In this document: positions 63,065-64,000 of the stretch, piece after piece
How positions within the stretch are numbered: position 1 is the stretch's first letter
Layout: every line of letters starts with the position of its first letter
Source of the DNA: Dehalococcoidia bacterium
GTDB lineage: Bacteria > Chloroflexota > Dehalococcoidia > Lucifugimonadales > UBA3495
Length of the DNA: 64,000 bases
Direction: 5' to 3'
NCBI GenBank assembly: GCA_034420695.1
Contig: DAOULB010000002.1
Coordinates: 151,644-215,643 of the forward strand
Position numbers and translations under genes: made by a program
The notes under the pieces: model-generated
Database searches by the model: none
Told to the model about the DNA's origin: nothing
Seen by the model: the letters and a program-made list of their open reading frames with translations, nothing else

Positions 63065-64000
63065 TCAGAATTCCCTGTTGGCCAGAAAATCGACCAGTGA
63101 CTCGGCTTCGGACTGGGCCCAGCTTGGCAGCCTCAGCCCTCCAATGGATTCCAGGGCTTGGTTGGCGCTGGCTTGGGTAATCCTGTGGGACTGCTCCCGT
63201 GCTCCCACCTCTTCCAGTATGTCCAGCACCCGTGCTACATCTTCATCTGGCATATCGGCTGGGCCGTCCCCATCGCCGTAAATGCGCATCAGGTCCTCCC
63301 GGTCGCTCCCATCGGCCTTCTCCAAGGCATATACCACCGGGAAAGTCTTCTTCCGCCGGCGTATGTCGTTGCCGGCCGCCTTGCCTGTTGTGGCTTGGTT
63401 TCCCCAGATTCCCAAGTAATCGTCCCTGATCTGAAAGGCCCGCCCCACGCCGTCGCCGAAGGCAGAGAAGGCCCGGAAGGTGGCAGGATCGTTGCTGGCC
63501 AATAGGGCCCCAATCTCCAGTCCGCTGCGAATTAGCGCGCCGGTCTTGAAGGCAATCATCTGCAGATAGTCATCGGCCAGGATGTTCGTTCTTGACTCGA
63601 ACTGCAGGTCAAGACATTGCCCCTGCATCATCTCCAGGCTGCATTCGGAAAGAATCCGTGAAACCCGGAGGGCCGTTTCCGCCGGAACCAAGGGCCCCGC
63701 CACGTTCAAAAGCGTCAAATCCCCCACCGCCTGCAGTCCGCTGCCGGCTGCCAGAGCCCTGGGAATTCCCCACAGCTTCCACAAAGTGGGCTGGTGACGG
63801 CGCTCTATATCTTGGTCCTGAATATCGTCGTGGACCAAGGAGAAGTTGTGGATAAGTTCCAAGGCAGCGGCGGCCGGGAGGGCCAGTGCTGGATCGGCTC
63901 TTAAAGCCTCGCAGGCAAAAAGGCACAAGGTGGGACGGAGGGCCTTCCCTTGGGAGAGAGGAGTAGCGGCCGGGTCCCCATCCCGGTCAACCCATCCCAA
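63065..64000 (-). CDS. Polyprenyl diphosphate synthase (FPP/GGPP synthase family); the N-terminus lies beyond the window edge
   Basis: It has the first Asp-rich motif LVHDDIQDQD and the second, FQIRDDYLG. The ORF is open to position 64000. Confidence 0.88.
   Translation of the reverse strand: MGWVDRDGDPAATPLSQGKALRPTLCLFACEALRADPALALPAAAALELIHNFSLVHDDIQDQDIERRHQPTLWKLWGIPRALAAGSGLQAVGDLTLLNVAGPLVPAETALRVSRILSECSLEMMQGQCLDLQFESRTNILADDYLQMIAFKTGALIRSGLEIGALLASNDPATFRAFSAFGDGVGRAFQIRDDYLGIWGNQATTGKAAGNDIRRRKKTFPVVYALEKADGSDREDLMRIYGDGDGPADMPDEDVARVLDILEEVGAREQSHRITQASANQALESIGGLRLPSWAQSEAESLVDFLANREF

Overview
This is a 64-kb high-GC chromosomal segment. Hand counts on sample 60-nt lines give about 65-73% GC in the backbone. 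The source is a bacterium with a monoderm-type SUF system (sufB-sufC-sufD-sufS-sufU), PLP synthase pdxST and hopanoid genes. A Chloroflexota-like lineage is my guess only and cannot be shown from this window. The housekeeping backbone comprises suf, rho, tal, pyrG, bioY, rpsA, valS, aroE, aroC, tmk, pdxST, tRNA-Gly, tRNA-Phe, glcB, an aldehyde dehydrogenase, trmI, citrate synthase, and shc-hpnA-hpnG-hpnH with squalene/phytoene synthase and a polyprenyl synthase. Several accessory or unusual elements interrupt it. (1) Two AT-richer insertions sit inside the suf operon: a T5orf172/GIY-YIG-like plus cold-shock-domain fusion between sufB and sufC, and a 71-aa zinc-ribbon ORF between sufC and sufD. 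(2) An AT-richer island of about 5.7 kb (about 6.95-12.7 kb; sample lines 32-50% GC) carries an IS3-family transposase relic, dcm, a decayed relic of a GHKL ATPase gene, vsr, and a convergent, translationally coupled pair. That pair is a MORC-like GHKL ATPase plus an uncharacterised Rossmann-like partner, and it is my best candidate for an undescribed restriction/defence module. (3) A cluster of three paralogous tail-anchored coiled-coil proteins shows internal repeat expansion, with a fourth copy about 15 kb away. (4) A 1.15-kb non-coding region holds helically phased inverted motif arrays and several short tandem repeats. It precedes an 11.6-kb cell-surface cluster: a protein of about 1,900 aa with cadherin-like repeats and a dockerin-like tail, an IPT/TIG-repeat protein, and two proteins ending in the same module (collagen-like GXY stalk, Gly-Gly, TM helix, basic tail). 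(5) A SelW/Rdx-like selenoprotein has its N-terminus, including an in-frame UGA in a CxxU motif, missing from the ORF track. (6) The conserved N-terminus of pdxT has no canonical start codon. All calls rest on reading the translations and DNA by eye. No database search was possible.
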